A stretch of DNA of 64,000 bases from Octopus sinensis. Taxonomy: Eukaryota. Positions 11,416 through 32,449 of the stretch are shown here, one piece after another. The DNA lies in contig NW_021830461.1 in NCBI RefSeq assembly GCF_006345805.1, forward strand, positions 263-64,262, in the 5' to 3' direction. The position numbers and the translations under genes were made by a program. Under the pieces are notes generated by a model. The model was not told the DNA's origin, searched no databases, and was given only the letters and a program-made list of their open reading frames with translations. The first letter of the stretch is position 1. Every line of letters begins with the position of its first letter.

Positions 11416-12928
11416 TTAGACAAACGGAGATAAAAATAAAATGAGCAAAAACAATAAATTTCCAGCAGTCGAAATAAGCCCGAGAACATACATTTCAGCT
11501 CTAAAATTAAATAAACAATTGATACGCTAAGCTCGAACATAGATTGCATCTCAGCTCTTGGAACTTAGATGGAAGTCCTTTGCAGCTTAAAAGTAATTTA
11601 ACGTTGCTTATAAATTGTGATGCTGTTTGGTTAAGATTAGTAGCTGAACTTTTCATTGAATTCTAATATTTATGTTTATGCAACCGACCAATAATTTTGT
11701 TTTAATATTTAAACAGTCTGCGTAAACAGTTGTCTGTGGAGAGCATGTAATGTTTAACGGTGGAAAATATTTATTTGTATCAAAGTTCATCGCCGATTTA
11801 ATCTAAAATAAAAATATAATTATAACTATTGGGTTAGGGTTAGCCGGATCACATTTTATAATATTAGTGATTTCGCTTACATCTAGATTTAATATTATAA
11901 AAAGTACTAAATGACTTTACAATTGAATCTATTTGAGGGCAACCACGTGTTAAAATCTATAAATGATTTAGAAAATGCAACCATTGGAATTGCTAGAAAT
12001 AATATAGTGATAAGAAGCGATAGTAGTGAAACTGTTGACATTAAACTGGAAAGTCTGCAATAAAATCCACTTATTCTGTACATTTTAAAAACAGTTTTAT
12101 TCAAGCTCCACGAGAATATTGCAATTAAAAATGTTAGGACTGAAGAAAGACCGAATATCGTCAAAATTGAGGGAATTCTTACCAATAATCACACATTTCT
12201 TACATGTATTTTTTAATGTATAGATTAGCCAATTCTCTCTTATCCTCATATTTTGTCAAGTCAAATTGGTCTATAAATATTCCAGAGATAGGATTTTTAA
12301 AATTTTGAATATTGTTTTTAATGTCTTGTATAAAGTCACTTTGGTTAGTTATTGCAAGCATTCTGACATAATTGGGATCATTTTTCAGACTCGTAAGGTT
12401 ACTGTCAAAACCAATGAGATTTTTATTTATTTCATTAATCGTTCGTGTCTTAATAGTAGTATTAAATTTACCATATTGTTTTTAAAATTATTCAGACTGC
12501 TGACCGCAGATGTGTATGGTTTTTGGTAATTTATAATTTCTTTCTGAAAAAATACAACGAGTACAGTCGCGTAAATGAACAATGCTCTATAATTCAAATA
12601 ACTACCATTAACTACGTTGTTCCTAAAAATAGCATCGGAGTCAAACAACGCCGAAATTTATTGTCCTTTTTCCCCACCTTGTTTCCAAAGCAAGAAAATA
12701 TTGTTGTTAACAGGATAATTATCATCCCAGTCAAAAAAGGGATAACTCCCCATACTCCAACAGTCTATAGCAATTTAACGCTCCAAAATGAAATACGATT
12801 ATTTCAGGGAGTGAGTAGTTGTTCAGCCCTATTTTTTGTAAACCTTTTCCAATTTGATCCGAAGGTATGATATCTGGAAATTTCAATGTTGTGTCAAGAA
12901 TTGTTTGTCGAGAACAGTTTTGAGCCAT
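11416..12928 (-). CDS. Tweety/prominin-superfamily 5-TM protein (Tweety-like), 9 introns of 23-38 nt
   Basis: Manual splicing gives one continuous ORF with five hydrophobic segments, ending LSCKGLPSKFQELRCNLCSSLAAEMYVLGLIS, which resembles the Tweety C-x-GL..LC pre-TM5 motif. Confidence 0.75.
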
Positions 12929-13129
12929 TATTAAAAAATCCGGCTTTCAAAATTTTAAATATTAACTACCGCAAAAAAGCTGAAACCAAACAATTATATG
13001 GTAAATTAATTAATCAATAATTTAAAAATTGGTTTCGTCAATCTCAAAAAAAATTTTAAATAAAAATATTAACTTACAAAAATCTATATTAGTAAGACGA
13101 GTATATTTCTAAAAAATAAATTTTTAAGA

Positions 13130-13352
13130 ATTTGGCGAAATTGCTTGAAAAAGTGACGGAATTGCTTGGAAAAGTAGCGAATTTGCTTGAAACAATAAAC
13201 CGATAATCTTCTAATGCACGAAATTGCTTGAAAAAGTGGCAGAATTGCTTGAAACGAAAAGCCAATAATCTACTTTACACGAAATTGCGTGAAAAAGTTG
13301 CGAAATTGCTTGCAAAAGTGGCGAAAAAGTGTGGAAAACCCGATAATAATTG
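13130..13352. repeat. Degenerate 21-nt minisatellite (consensus GCGAAATTGCTTGAAAAAGTG)
   Basis: About 8 imperfect units interspersed with a CGATAATC-type subunit. Confidence 0.8.
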
Positions 13353-13374
13353 ATTATTGAGAAAAAAAATTAAG

Positions 13375-13820
13375 TTAGGAATGGGCAGAGGGGAAGCTCC
13401 GGGGGGCTAAAGCACGCACCCTCCTGCGGAAAGTACCGCATGCGTGTTGCCACGGAGAATGGCGATGGATATCCGCTGCAATAGCCACGAAACCTCGCGT
13501 GGCTCTTTCATCCTGTGGGCCAATTTCCTCCCGATGTCGCTGATGAAGGCCGAGGTTAGAGACCCTGCGACGCCCGATGTCTCCAAAGCGATTGGTACGA
13601 ATATAAAACGGCATCCAAGTTCCTGGTATTTTTTAATTTTGGCCGTCTCAGCCTTTTCCGCAGCGGACCCGGGGGAAGTGACAGATGACATGATTGTTGA
13701 TGGAGAGAAAGAATCGATGCACGTAGCATCCCAGACGATGCACTTGCCGTCCCGAAAAGGAAAGATTGTCATTCCGTCTGGGCGTTTGCCGTCACCACGG
13801 TCCAATCCGACAGGCTCAAG
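13375..13820 (-). mobile_element. CRE-clade LINE 3' end
   Basis: ORF 13407..13805: [40 protein letters not shown]. Confidence 0.9.
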
Positions 13821-13829
13821 TTGTGAATA

Positions 13830-14450
13830 TAAACATAAATCCAGTTTTTATCAAAAAATTGTCGAACCGATTGGTTCTCCATTATCCATATGATTGTAAT
13901 TTTCAAATACCCATCTTGAAATACCTTAAATTACGATACTTTAAAATAATCGAAGGCTCTTTTATCCCGTATAAATGCATCTGAGCAAGACGCAATTGAA
14001 GATGTTTTGTTTTCCATATTCGTCAATTTTATTATTCAATTGAATTAAAAACTCATTAATCATAGATCTGCACATGAAACTTTTTCTCTCTCGCCAAATT
14101 TTTGAACTTAAGTTCAGGTCTTAATTAAAAATTTTGCAGCTATCTATTTAAAGCTTTAAAATTTTGAAGTAAGATTATAAATGCAACTTTCAGTCATAAT
14201 AAAATGTTTTTAAAAATTACAATAATACCGATTTTTTGGATTAAAAGTCCGGAAATTAAAAAATTTTGTTTTCTTAGGTGTTGAAATACATCCAAGAGTT
14301 TTGAATCCAACAGTTTATGCTTTTCATTATTGACTGACTCTGAAGTTTCTGCATTTGAATTAATTTGTCTGTTTTTTATCAATGGAATAATGTTTCTCTA
14401 AATTCAAGAGATTGTTCCGATACTTGTGTGAAACATTCTAGCGAGTTATC
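13830..14450 (-). mobile_element. pogo/Tigger-type transposase remnant
   Basis: CENP-B-like HTH (LLDVFQHLRKQNFLISGLLIQ) and a YGKQNIFNC segment. Confidence 0.55.
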
Positions 14451-15063
14451 GAATTGAATGCTCCTTTTTTGGAAGAAGTTTAGCAATTTCAATTTTTCAT
14501 TGTAGTTTAAGCCCATAGAAGGTAAAAACTGTGAAATTCACTTTTAAATTAAAATAATCAAAAGCGTTCCAAAGCGAGATCCTTTTTTCTAAGGATTTTA
14601 TAAATTTTCTAACAAAAGTCTCTGAGTGTTCCGAATCCCGAGAATGTATCAAAAACAGAAGTTTTCCATCCCGAGGTCCGTTCCAAAAAGAGGTACGATT
14701 GTGCTTTGTTATTAGCCGACCCGGAAAGTATATGATTTCAGCTGAAAAACTAACAAATTTGTATTTTAACATGTTTCACGTAGCATGTATTAAATCGCAA
14801 CATGCACATTTGATTCGAAATTGTGCTTTAAAAATAAAATTAAATTGCACTGAGTGGCTAACTTAGTGGGCTTCATAAAAGGACTTGTTCTTAAACACAG
14901 TAGTCGAAGACAACTATTTGCTAAAATAGGACTACCTAATAAATGGGGAAGCTAGCTCCGGGCGACCAAGTATTATGCTAAACATTGAATTATGATTTTT
15001 CGTTGACCAATATTCATTTCTTTAATCCAAAAAAGTGTGAAATGAGGTTGTGATTTCTGATTA

Positions 15064-16440
15064 ATGAATCGATTAAAATTAGTTTTATCTATTTTATAAT
15101 TTGTTAGTTAGCCTCATCGTTAACAGGCAAAAAATAATCATCAGAACCAAACATATTTTGTCGCGCCCCACGCTGGCGACCAAAGCGACCTTCGTCGATG
15201 ACAGGGTTGACAGGATGACCTAATATTCAGTCTTGCGCGATGATTATTTTTTATATTGAGAAGTGCTGAGAAGCCATGTTCGCATAAATATGTTGTCGGG
15301 AATATAAGCAACAAATTTAATGCATTTGCGCTTACGGAAGGATAATGCTTACACATTTCGCACCAAAATCTTGATAAAGCAAGTTTTTCATACAAATCTT
15401 TTGCGTTTGAATTATTGATCATGTCAATAAAAGCCTCTTCGATATTTTCATCGACCAAACGTGGATCAACACTGAATGGTGTACGAATGAATTTCAAATC
15501 AATTTCGTTCAATTCTGGAAAGTATTTATTTACTTCTTGTTGAAGATATGTTAAATGTGCATAAATAAGTTCGGTTATTTTTTTGATTTCAAATGCATCT
15601 ATATTTACAGATTGTTCTTCAAAAGATTCAAACATAGTAAAATTATTTAGTTTTAATTTTTCTTTCCACAGTGTTAACTTAATCAAAAAAGCACTATAAT
15701 TAATATGAAACAGTTAACAAACTTATTTTATCCACAAAATCAATTATTGTTTCATGTCTTCCCTGAAGCGATTTGTTGAGTGAATTTATACGAAAGAAGA
15801 CATCTCTCAAGTAAGCAAGTTTAGATAGCCATGAACTATCCATTAATTTCGAAATAAATTCCGATGATTTGGAATTGTTTTCGCGAATAAAATATTCAGA
15901 TAATTCATTCCTCAAAGAAAAAACTCTGGCAAGAATGTTTCCCCGAGATAACCATCTCACCTCAGTGTGGAATAACAAAGCCTTTCCATCCTTTTTAAAT
16001 TCTTCGCAAATAAGTCTGAAAATGCGCAAATTTAAAGCACTCTTTTTAATATAATTTATGATATGTACGACATCATCGAGAACATATCTTAAATCTGAAG
16101 GTAATGTTTTTGCAGCAAGTGCATATCGATGTAGCATACAATGCATATGTTTCGTTTCCTGGTTAGCAAGTCTGACTTGGCCTCTAAAGCCAGAATGAAA
16201 GCCAAGCATTGCTGGAGCTACATCGGTTGCGCAACAACATACATTATTCCAAGATAACCCAACACTGTCAAAAAACATAGAAATTGCTTGAAAAATATCT
16301 TCTCCTTTAGTGGTCGATTCAAGCGAATAGGAAAATAAAAATTCCTCTTTAAAATCTCCGTCATAGACATAACGAGCAAATATTATTAATTGAGCACAGT
16401 TCGCTAAATCGGTGAATTCATCAACTTGTATAGCGAAATT
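15064..16440 (-). mobile_element. hAT Buster transposase copy B (near-identical to copy A)
   Basis: ORFs 15141..15686 and 15700..16278 match copy A, including the chimeric 3' end and the intron (15694-15722, 29 nt). Confidence 0.92.
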
Positions 16441-16540
16441 GTTGACAGTGTTAGGTTATCTTGGAATAATGTATGTTGTTGACAGTGTTGGGTTATCTTG
16501 GAATAATGTATGTTGTTGACAGTGTTGGGTTATCTTGGAA
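16441..16540 (+). repeat. Tandem 37-nt repeat (2.7 units) templated from the transposase ORF
   Basis: The unit GTTGACAGTGTTGGGTTATCTTGGAATAATGTATGTT is the reverse complement of about 16234-16271. Confidence 0.92.
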
Positions 16541-17131
16541 AAAATAACCGAACTTATTTATGCACATTTAACATATCTTCAACCAGAAGTAAATAAATAC
16601 TTTCCAGAATTGAACGAAATTGATTTGAAATTCATTCGTACACCATTCAGTGTTGATCCACGTTTGGTCGATGAAAATATCGAAGAGGCTTTTATTGACA
16701 TGATCAATAATTCAAACGCAAAAGATTTGTATGAAAAACTTGCTTTATCAAGATTTTGGTGCGAAATGTGTAAGCATTATCCTTCCGTAAGCGCAAATGC
16801 ATTAAATTTGTTGCTTATATTCCCAACAACATATTTATGCGAACATGGCTTCTCAGCACTTCTCAATATAAAAAATAATCATCGCGCAAGACTGAATATT
16901 GAAGATGACATCAGGGTATGCTTGTCGACAACCGAGACTCTTATTGAAAAAATTGCCTCGAAAAAACAATATCAACCTTCTAACTAATTTTCTCTATTGA
17001 TTTAATAATAAATTTTGTTTTTAGATAAGTAAAATTTTTTTGACAAAAAACTTAATAAATATGTAGGGGGTCCGCGAAATTTTTCATTTACTCACAAGGG
17101 GTCCGCGGAGAAAAAAGGTTGAGAACCACTG
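16541..17131 (+). mobile_element. hAT Buster copy C: native transposase 3' end and right TIR
   Basis: ORF ends IEDDIRVCLSTTETLIEKIASKKQYQPSN*; subterminal GGGGTCCGCG repeats and terminal AAAGGTTGAGAACCACTG (reverse complement CAGTGGTTCTCAACC, Buster/Charlie type). Confidence 0.9.
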
Positions 17132-17183
17132 ATCAAAAGGTACATTATAAAAATTAACTGAGGTATATATGATTTAATAATAT

Positions 17184-17800
17184 TTATTTTAAAATTAAAT
17201 TTACTATTAAACAAAATATATTAATAAATAACAATTTTGTAAAGTTTTCATTCTTTTTCGACAATCTGATTACTTTTGAACATTTAATTTTTAAAATCAG
17301 TAATTTAATGTATTTTTCATAAAGATTGTTATTGAAACCTTGTTGGATAATTATAAATAAATACTTGCAAAAAGATATGTTTTTTGGCATTCAAAGTTTG
17401 GTAATTCTAAAATAGGAGATTTAGATAGGATATAAATTAGTGCTCGTGAATCTCTGGAGCAATTGGCTAAAAGAGAAACTATAGATTGGTTAAATTCTTT
17501 ATTCAAGCATCTATTTTGGAGGCAATTCCCAATCTTCATTATATATAAATTATAAAAAATACGAACATAAAATATAGAAGAAAAGTTATTTTTGCAAGTT
17601 ATCTGTACGGCGTCTTCGTGCGTGACTATTAACTCAGATCTATAAAAAATATATATTCATTTACTTGTTGATCATTTTATCCCAGTCAATATTATGAATT
17701 TTTTTACATAAAATTAATTTGTATATTGAAATGAGAAGTAGAAACATTGAACTCAAGATAGACTTATCGTATTCTTAATTAATATATACGATTGTACGAT
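17184..17800 (-). CDS. Hypothetical intron-containing orphan gene (5' end unresolved)
   Basis: Four GT-AG introns of 25-33 nt join short exons in frame (..IDWDKMINKSELIV..IGNCLQNRC..SFNNNLYEKY..); no family recognised. Confidence 0.45.
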
Positions 17801-18215
17801 ACTTAAGTGTTTATTTCTAAAAAGTTATCCTTTAATGTTTAGTACATTGATTGTTTTCACTCATTTCATTAAAGCAGTTTAAAATACATTACTGTCAATC
17901 ATTCAGTTGCATAAAATCATTTAGACACTTAGATTCATCTTATTAGATTTAGCAGGTGATTAAAATCGAATTTTAAATAGACTCAAGTGGGTTGATTGTG
18001 TTTTTATCGATAAACTTAATGGAATTATGGATTTATAGTTTATTTAAAATTTTAATAAAGTTCAAAATTTTTATGGAAAAATAATTCAACTTATTCTCCC
18101 GATTTGCAAAAATAAACTTAGCTTTCAAAAATATAAGAAATTAGTACATAGTTTAAAACCTAATTAAAATCAACAAATTCTTATTTTATTAAACATTTTC
18201 AAAAATTATTAAATG

Positions 18216-19156
18216 TTATTCAAGTGGAGGTGGTTCAGAATTGTTGTTATAATCGTTTTTTTCAACTTTTTTGGTGTTTGGAGTTGAATGCGACGTTATG
18301 CTAACAATGTCATTCAATGAAACAGATTGAGATTTGTATGTCGTGATATTTTTTGGCTCAATTTTTCTATTTTCATAGTTAATACTTTAATTTAAATATT
18401 TATTTTTAAAACTAAATTCTTACTTTGTGATATTATTCAACTTGTTATTGTTTTCTCTTGAACTTTTAGTTATGATATTTTCGCACTTAGGAAATATTTA
18501 GAATTGAAAATTACTTTGGGCATAGTTATACTAAGATACCCGGATGTTTTCGAACGCTGACATGTTGATCGAGTTGGAGAAATTTCCATTCCCAAAGAAA
18601 GCTGAAATACCTATTCAAAAATATAAGAATACAATATCATCAAAAACCTTTCCTTTAATTAAAACACGAACATATTTTGGCTGGATGTCCACATTAATTA
18701 ATGAACTATCCAGATACCTTTTTGTTCGATTAGTCATTAAAAATATTACTTGTATAATTTCATATCAAGGATTAAACAATTGTCATCATCTGTCAGTTTA
18801 AAGTCAATTCTTAAAATAATATTGATACAATTTGTTTACTTGGATTCGTTTATGTTCATAGGTCGACCGTCAGGCATAAAATATGAGCGGGGTCGTTTTT
18901 CCTTTATTTTATGTTCTAAATCTTAATCACAGATATTCAATGTACATTACCATTTGCTTTTTCTTTATCTTTTTGAATTTGTTGATGAATCCGAATTCGA
19001 GATTCCGGTGTATATTCTTCTTTTTCTTCATTACTTATAAAATTTTTTTTTATTATAAATTACTCTGAATTTAGAATTGGCCTCACTTCTTTGCAATCAG
19101 ATTTACTATTTGAATTAGACTCCAGATTTTTTTACCTTTTCTCTTTCTCTTTTTGC
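18216..19156 (-). CDS. DNAAF11: LRRC6/DNAAF11 (dynein axonemal assembly factor), 3' part only; LRR N-terminus absent
   Basis: [63 protein letters not shown]..PPPLE*; introns of about 29-39 nt. Confidence 0.9.
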
Positions 19157-28698
<9,542 letters not shown>

Positions 28699-29299
28699 TT
28701 AACCACTAACATTTCTAATATTTTAACATCTACTAAATTTTTAATTCCACTTCAAGAAATACTCTATATTGCACTAGAACGCAAGGATTTTACTCAAATC
28801 CATATTCTCAGTATTTTAACAATAGCTTGCTTCTAAATGTTGATAAAATTGGTTACATTTTTTGTGCATTTCGCTCACGTAGTTTATATTTCAATAAGTC
28901 GAAAACCGGAAGAACAATTTATTAAACAAAAATTAGTATTTCTGTATAGTGAATTCAACTCAAGTATTGAATAAAAAAATTGTTTTGAATCTAAGTTTTA
29001 GAACTTACCAATGAGAATGATTATGTTTCTGTCAATTTAGGGCTAATTTTTATTTAAATCTTAAGAAAATAACAGCTAAGAGTTAATATAGCTCGAAGCA
29101 TGAACATCAGACACAATTTCTAAAATGGTCTCAAACTTTGAATATAATAAATCGTCTAGAAACGATCCTTTCTTAAGATTATACTAAGATAATAGCAAAA
29201 TTAAGATTTAATAAAATTAAAGTAATAATATTTTACAATCGAGAACGTTTTGAAGGAGCTTCATCGTTGATAAAAGAATTATATTCTCTTAAATAATCC

Positions 29300-29995
29300 G
29301 GTACTTTTGTCGAAGTGGTCGCAGTTTTTTAGGCCTTTTAAAAAATCTAATAATTTTTGAGGTGGAATATATTATATTTTATTTAAGTCGCTCTATCAAT
29401 AATTTAAAATATTATTAACAGAAAATGCACTGCATCCTCCTTACTTATTGGGAGCTGTCGGAATTTGATGTTGCATAAGTCCACAACAGAATTTTCCATG
29501 TGACCTATAGTGCCAGTTTATATCAATATTAGGTACATGCTCGCCATAATATTAAACAAAATTAGAAAATAAATTAGTAAAAAATTTAATAATATTTTAA
29601 ATTATTGATAGAGCGACTTAAATAAAATATAATATATTCCACCTCAAAAATTATTAGATTTTTTAAAAGGCCTAAAAAAACTGCGACCACTTCGACAAAA
29701 GTACCGGTTTTTTTAGTTAGTTATTTTTTCAGAATTTATGTGGCGAAAACAAATACAGAACTATAAGGAATCTTTTGCACAGATTGTAAAAGACATAAAT
29801 TCCTTCTACAGTCCTGGAATTTGGATGCCGCGTACTAAAAATGACTAAATTGGTTAAATAAATTTTTAAATAATTTTAATAACCATTTAAATTATTGATA
29901 GAGGGTTATAAATTAAATAATCTATTTTTCACTAAAAAAATTAATTAATTTTAATTATCTTCAAAAAAAACTGCGACCACTTCGACAAAAGTACC
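29300..29995 (+). mobile_element. Merlin (IS1595-like) non-autonomous DNA transposon, internally rearranged, 8-bp TSD AATAATCC
   Basis: GGTAC termini (GGNRM consensus); TSD at 29292-29299 and 29996-30003; C-terminal EFMWRKQ..IVKDINSFY remnant; inverted 5' segment 29705->29420 encoding MENSVVDL..SKEDAVHFL. Confidence 0.85.
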
Positions 29996-30011
29996 AATAA
30001 TCCTCATAAGT

Positions 30012-30950
30012 CTAGGACAAAAAACAACAACCAACCCCATTCTGGATTGTTTCTTTGCTCACTCCATATCTATTTTCGGATGAGTTATTATGCATTCTAC
30101 GCCAATGAATTAGGAAAATATACAATGCCTGATGTTTTAATTGTTGTTCATAACATGTATAAAGACGTAAAATTGACTTTTTGGAATCTCTCGTGGTTTC
30201 ATCGAGTTTGACCGAACGATCAATTGGGAAAAGGCAACACAGAGCGATTCCAACTGAAGGTTCTACCTCCTGAATAATTTATAATGAAAATACTGACTTG
30301 TCCATCTCTAGCATATTTGACTGGGCGGTTCTCATTCCACGGATTGCGGAGATGCATTGTATCGTGGAATGGAATTTCAAGTCTGCAAATCCAATCTATT
30401 TTAAAAACTCCGTTCAAAGATTTTGCAGGCATGTGAGGAGGAAGTAGCCAGTCAACTGGAGGCACATCAAATCGAGCCACTGAGCCCAATCTGGCAAATC
30501 CATGGAAACGTCCGCTTTCTGTAACAGAGAACAAGAGAATAACGTTCGGACATTCCTAGTATTCAAGTAATCTAGAAAAAATATAACCATAAAAGCGTTC
30601 GAAAGCCGTGTCTGATTAGCAGGCATCGTAGACCAGACGTTCAGCTCTTTTGCCAATTCGACGTTTTTACTGTTGCAGCTTTTCATTATAAAAAATCTGG
30701 CGCCCGTAAATACAAACTTTGCGTATTCAAGATAATCTGAATTATTATACATAAATGAAACTCGTGGCTAAAGAACTGTCCATTTCTCTATCTTGATCAA
30801 GCATCTTTTCAAGAGAGATTGACCCTGCTCCAATTGATTCTATTTTATTTTCAGCTACTTTTGTAGCAGAAAAATCAACAATTTCTATTTCTATAATTTA
30901 GTTATTATCAATATATAAAAAGTAATAAGAAGAAGCACACCATCTGACAT
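30012..30950 (-). CDS. YTHDC1: YTH-domain m6A reader, YTHDC1-like (3' end approximate)
   Basis: [55 protein letters not shown]; introns of 50, 25, 32 and 28 nt. Confidence 0.88.
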
Positions 30951-32039
30951 AGACCAGTAGATTTTTAAATTAAATTGATTATTAACAAAATTTATGTAAT
31001 CATAAATTATATAAGGCGATTTATGTTTTAAAAAAATAATTTGTGCTGTCTAAAGCTTTATGAATACGGTATGCTAATGTCAGTTGGCAAAATCCGGTTA
31101 GAAGAAAGCTACGAGATGAAACCTTTTATAGGATTTGGACTGGTTATTTGATATCTAAGATTCGTGGAAAATGTCATACAAGGAAAAAAGTGCAGTACTC
31201 TCACTCTCAGGATTTCGGATATATCGGCTTTTTTTGTAAGAATCAAAACAGATTTCTAATCTGCGGTGGAGCAAATAGGATGTCCAAATGTAAAAATGAT
31301 GATATCTTTTACGTTAACTCTTGATTGGATGACTACAGAGGCAATTGTGGTGGATAGCCAAAATTTACAGACTAACAATATAAAGAAAACTAAAATTAGA
31401 GAAACGAAAAAATTGCTAATTGGAGATAATAAAATGACAAAATTAAAAACTAAAGTTTCACGACGCTTCGTTGATTTGAAATCCAAAGTTGTAAACCGAA
31501 CGGAACCGCGGACGTTTAGGGTTGGAGAATAAAAATATCAACTTCGCTTGAAATTAATTATTCTGCATCAAGCAAAGGAGATAGACTTTGTTTTTTTTCA
31601 TGGCCCAAAACATGAGAAAAATGTGTGAGTTTCCTTATGTTGAGCGCAATATAGTAAAGTACCATATTCCCCAAAATATTGATATAATCGAGCCGAGAGT
31701 AAAACCGAGTCTAGTCTGAAACCATCACAGCTCGCTATAAAATAATCATCGTTAAAATAATTATGTTAGCCTAATGGCCCAAATGAGGATGGTGGGTATT
31801 TCGAAAGCTAGAAAAAGAAAACTTAAAATTTCATTCCTATTGACGGAAAGCTATATCTGCGAAATACTAATCGACTTCACAAGCTTGTTATAGCTTAAAC
31901 AAGCACAGAAGAAATGAAAATAATTGTTCAAGAAATCCACGAAATAAACCATTGTGGGCATAATGCTCTGGATGCACTTTGCAGAAGGAGATATTTTGCA
32001 ATTAAGCGGTGAGTGCAATATGGTTTCATTCTCGACTCG

Positions 32040-32410
32040 CGACATATTATGGATCACCGGTGACTTTTTCCATAAGTGACCCGATGTGTCGGAGCAGACT
32101 ACAAGTGGAAGGCCCTTGTATTTCAGATTTTTCGACTACCAGCAGGACAAATACTCTGTCAATCCCGAAATTAGGCAGGAAAAGGGTCAATCCAGTGATA
32201 CAAATATGTTTTGGGCAGGAAAAGGGTTCACGTACGTGACATCCCAAACCAGACACTGTTCTTTTTGAAAAGGAAAGGTTGTCATCCCGCTAGGCCTTCC
32301 ACCGTTTTCTGAAAAGATCTCGACAGGTTCCAGTTGAGAGTGAAATCCAGAAATACGTAGTGACCGTGGATGATCGAGTTTCGTTTCTATGCCGTGAAAA
32401 GCGTCCAATT
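32040..32410 (-). mobile_element. Degenerate CRE-clade LINE 3' remnant
   Basis: LEPVEI..GGRPSGMTTFPF..LVWDVTYVN..KVTGDP. Confidence 0.75.
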
Positions 32411-32449
32411 ATGTTTAGACATAAGAGAGCATGGTAGCTAAGCTCGTCT

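Noticed and set aside
11831-11843. GGGTTAGGGTTAG as an interstitial telomere
   Set aside because: Only two units, and it encodes A-N-P-N-P within an exon of the Tweety-like gene
14497-14772. 91-aa ORF as a gene
   Set aside because: No recognisable homology or intron structure; lies among TE debris
14860-15000. GC-richer patch as an snRNA, SL RNA or RNase MRP gene
   Set aside because: No diagnostic conserved motif; partly resembles a CRE 3' UTR remnant
16441-16540. 37-nt direct repeats as a CRISPR array
   Set aside because: No spacers, eukaryotic context, and the unit is a copy of the adjacent transposase sequence
31060-31900. Possible decayed Merlin or integrase ORF (31266..31532)
   Set aside because: Only vague motif resemblance; no TIR, TSD or catalytic motif could be supported
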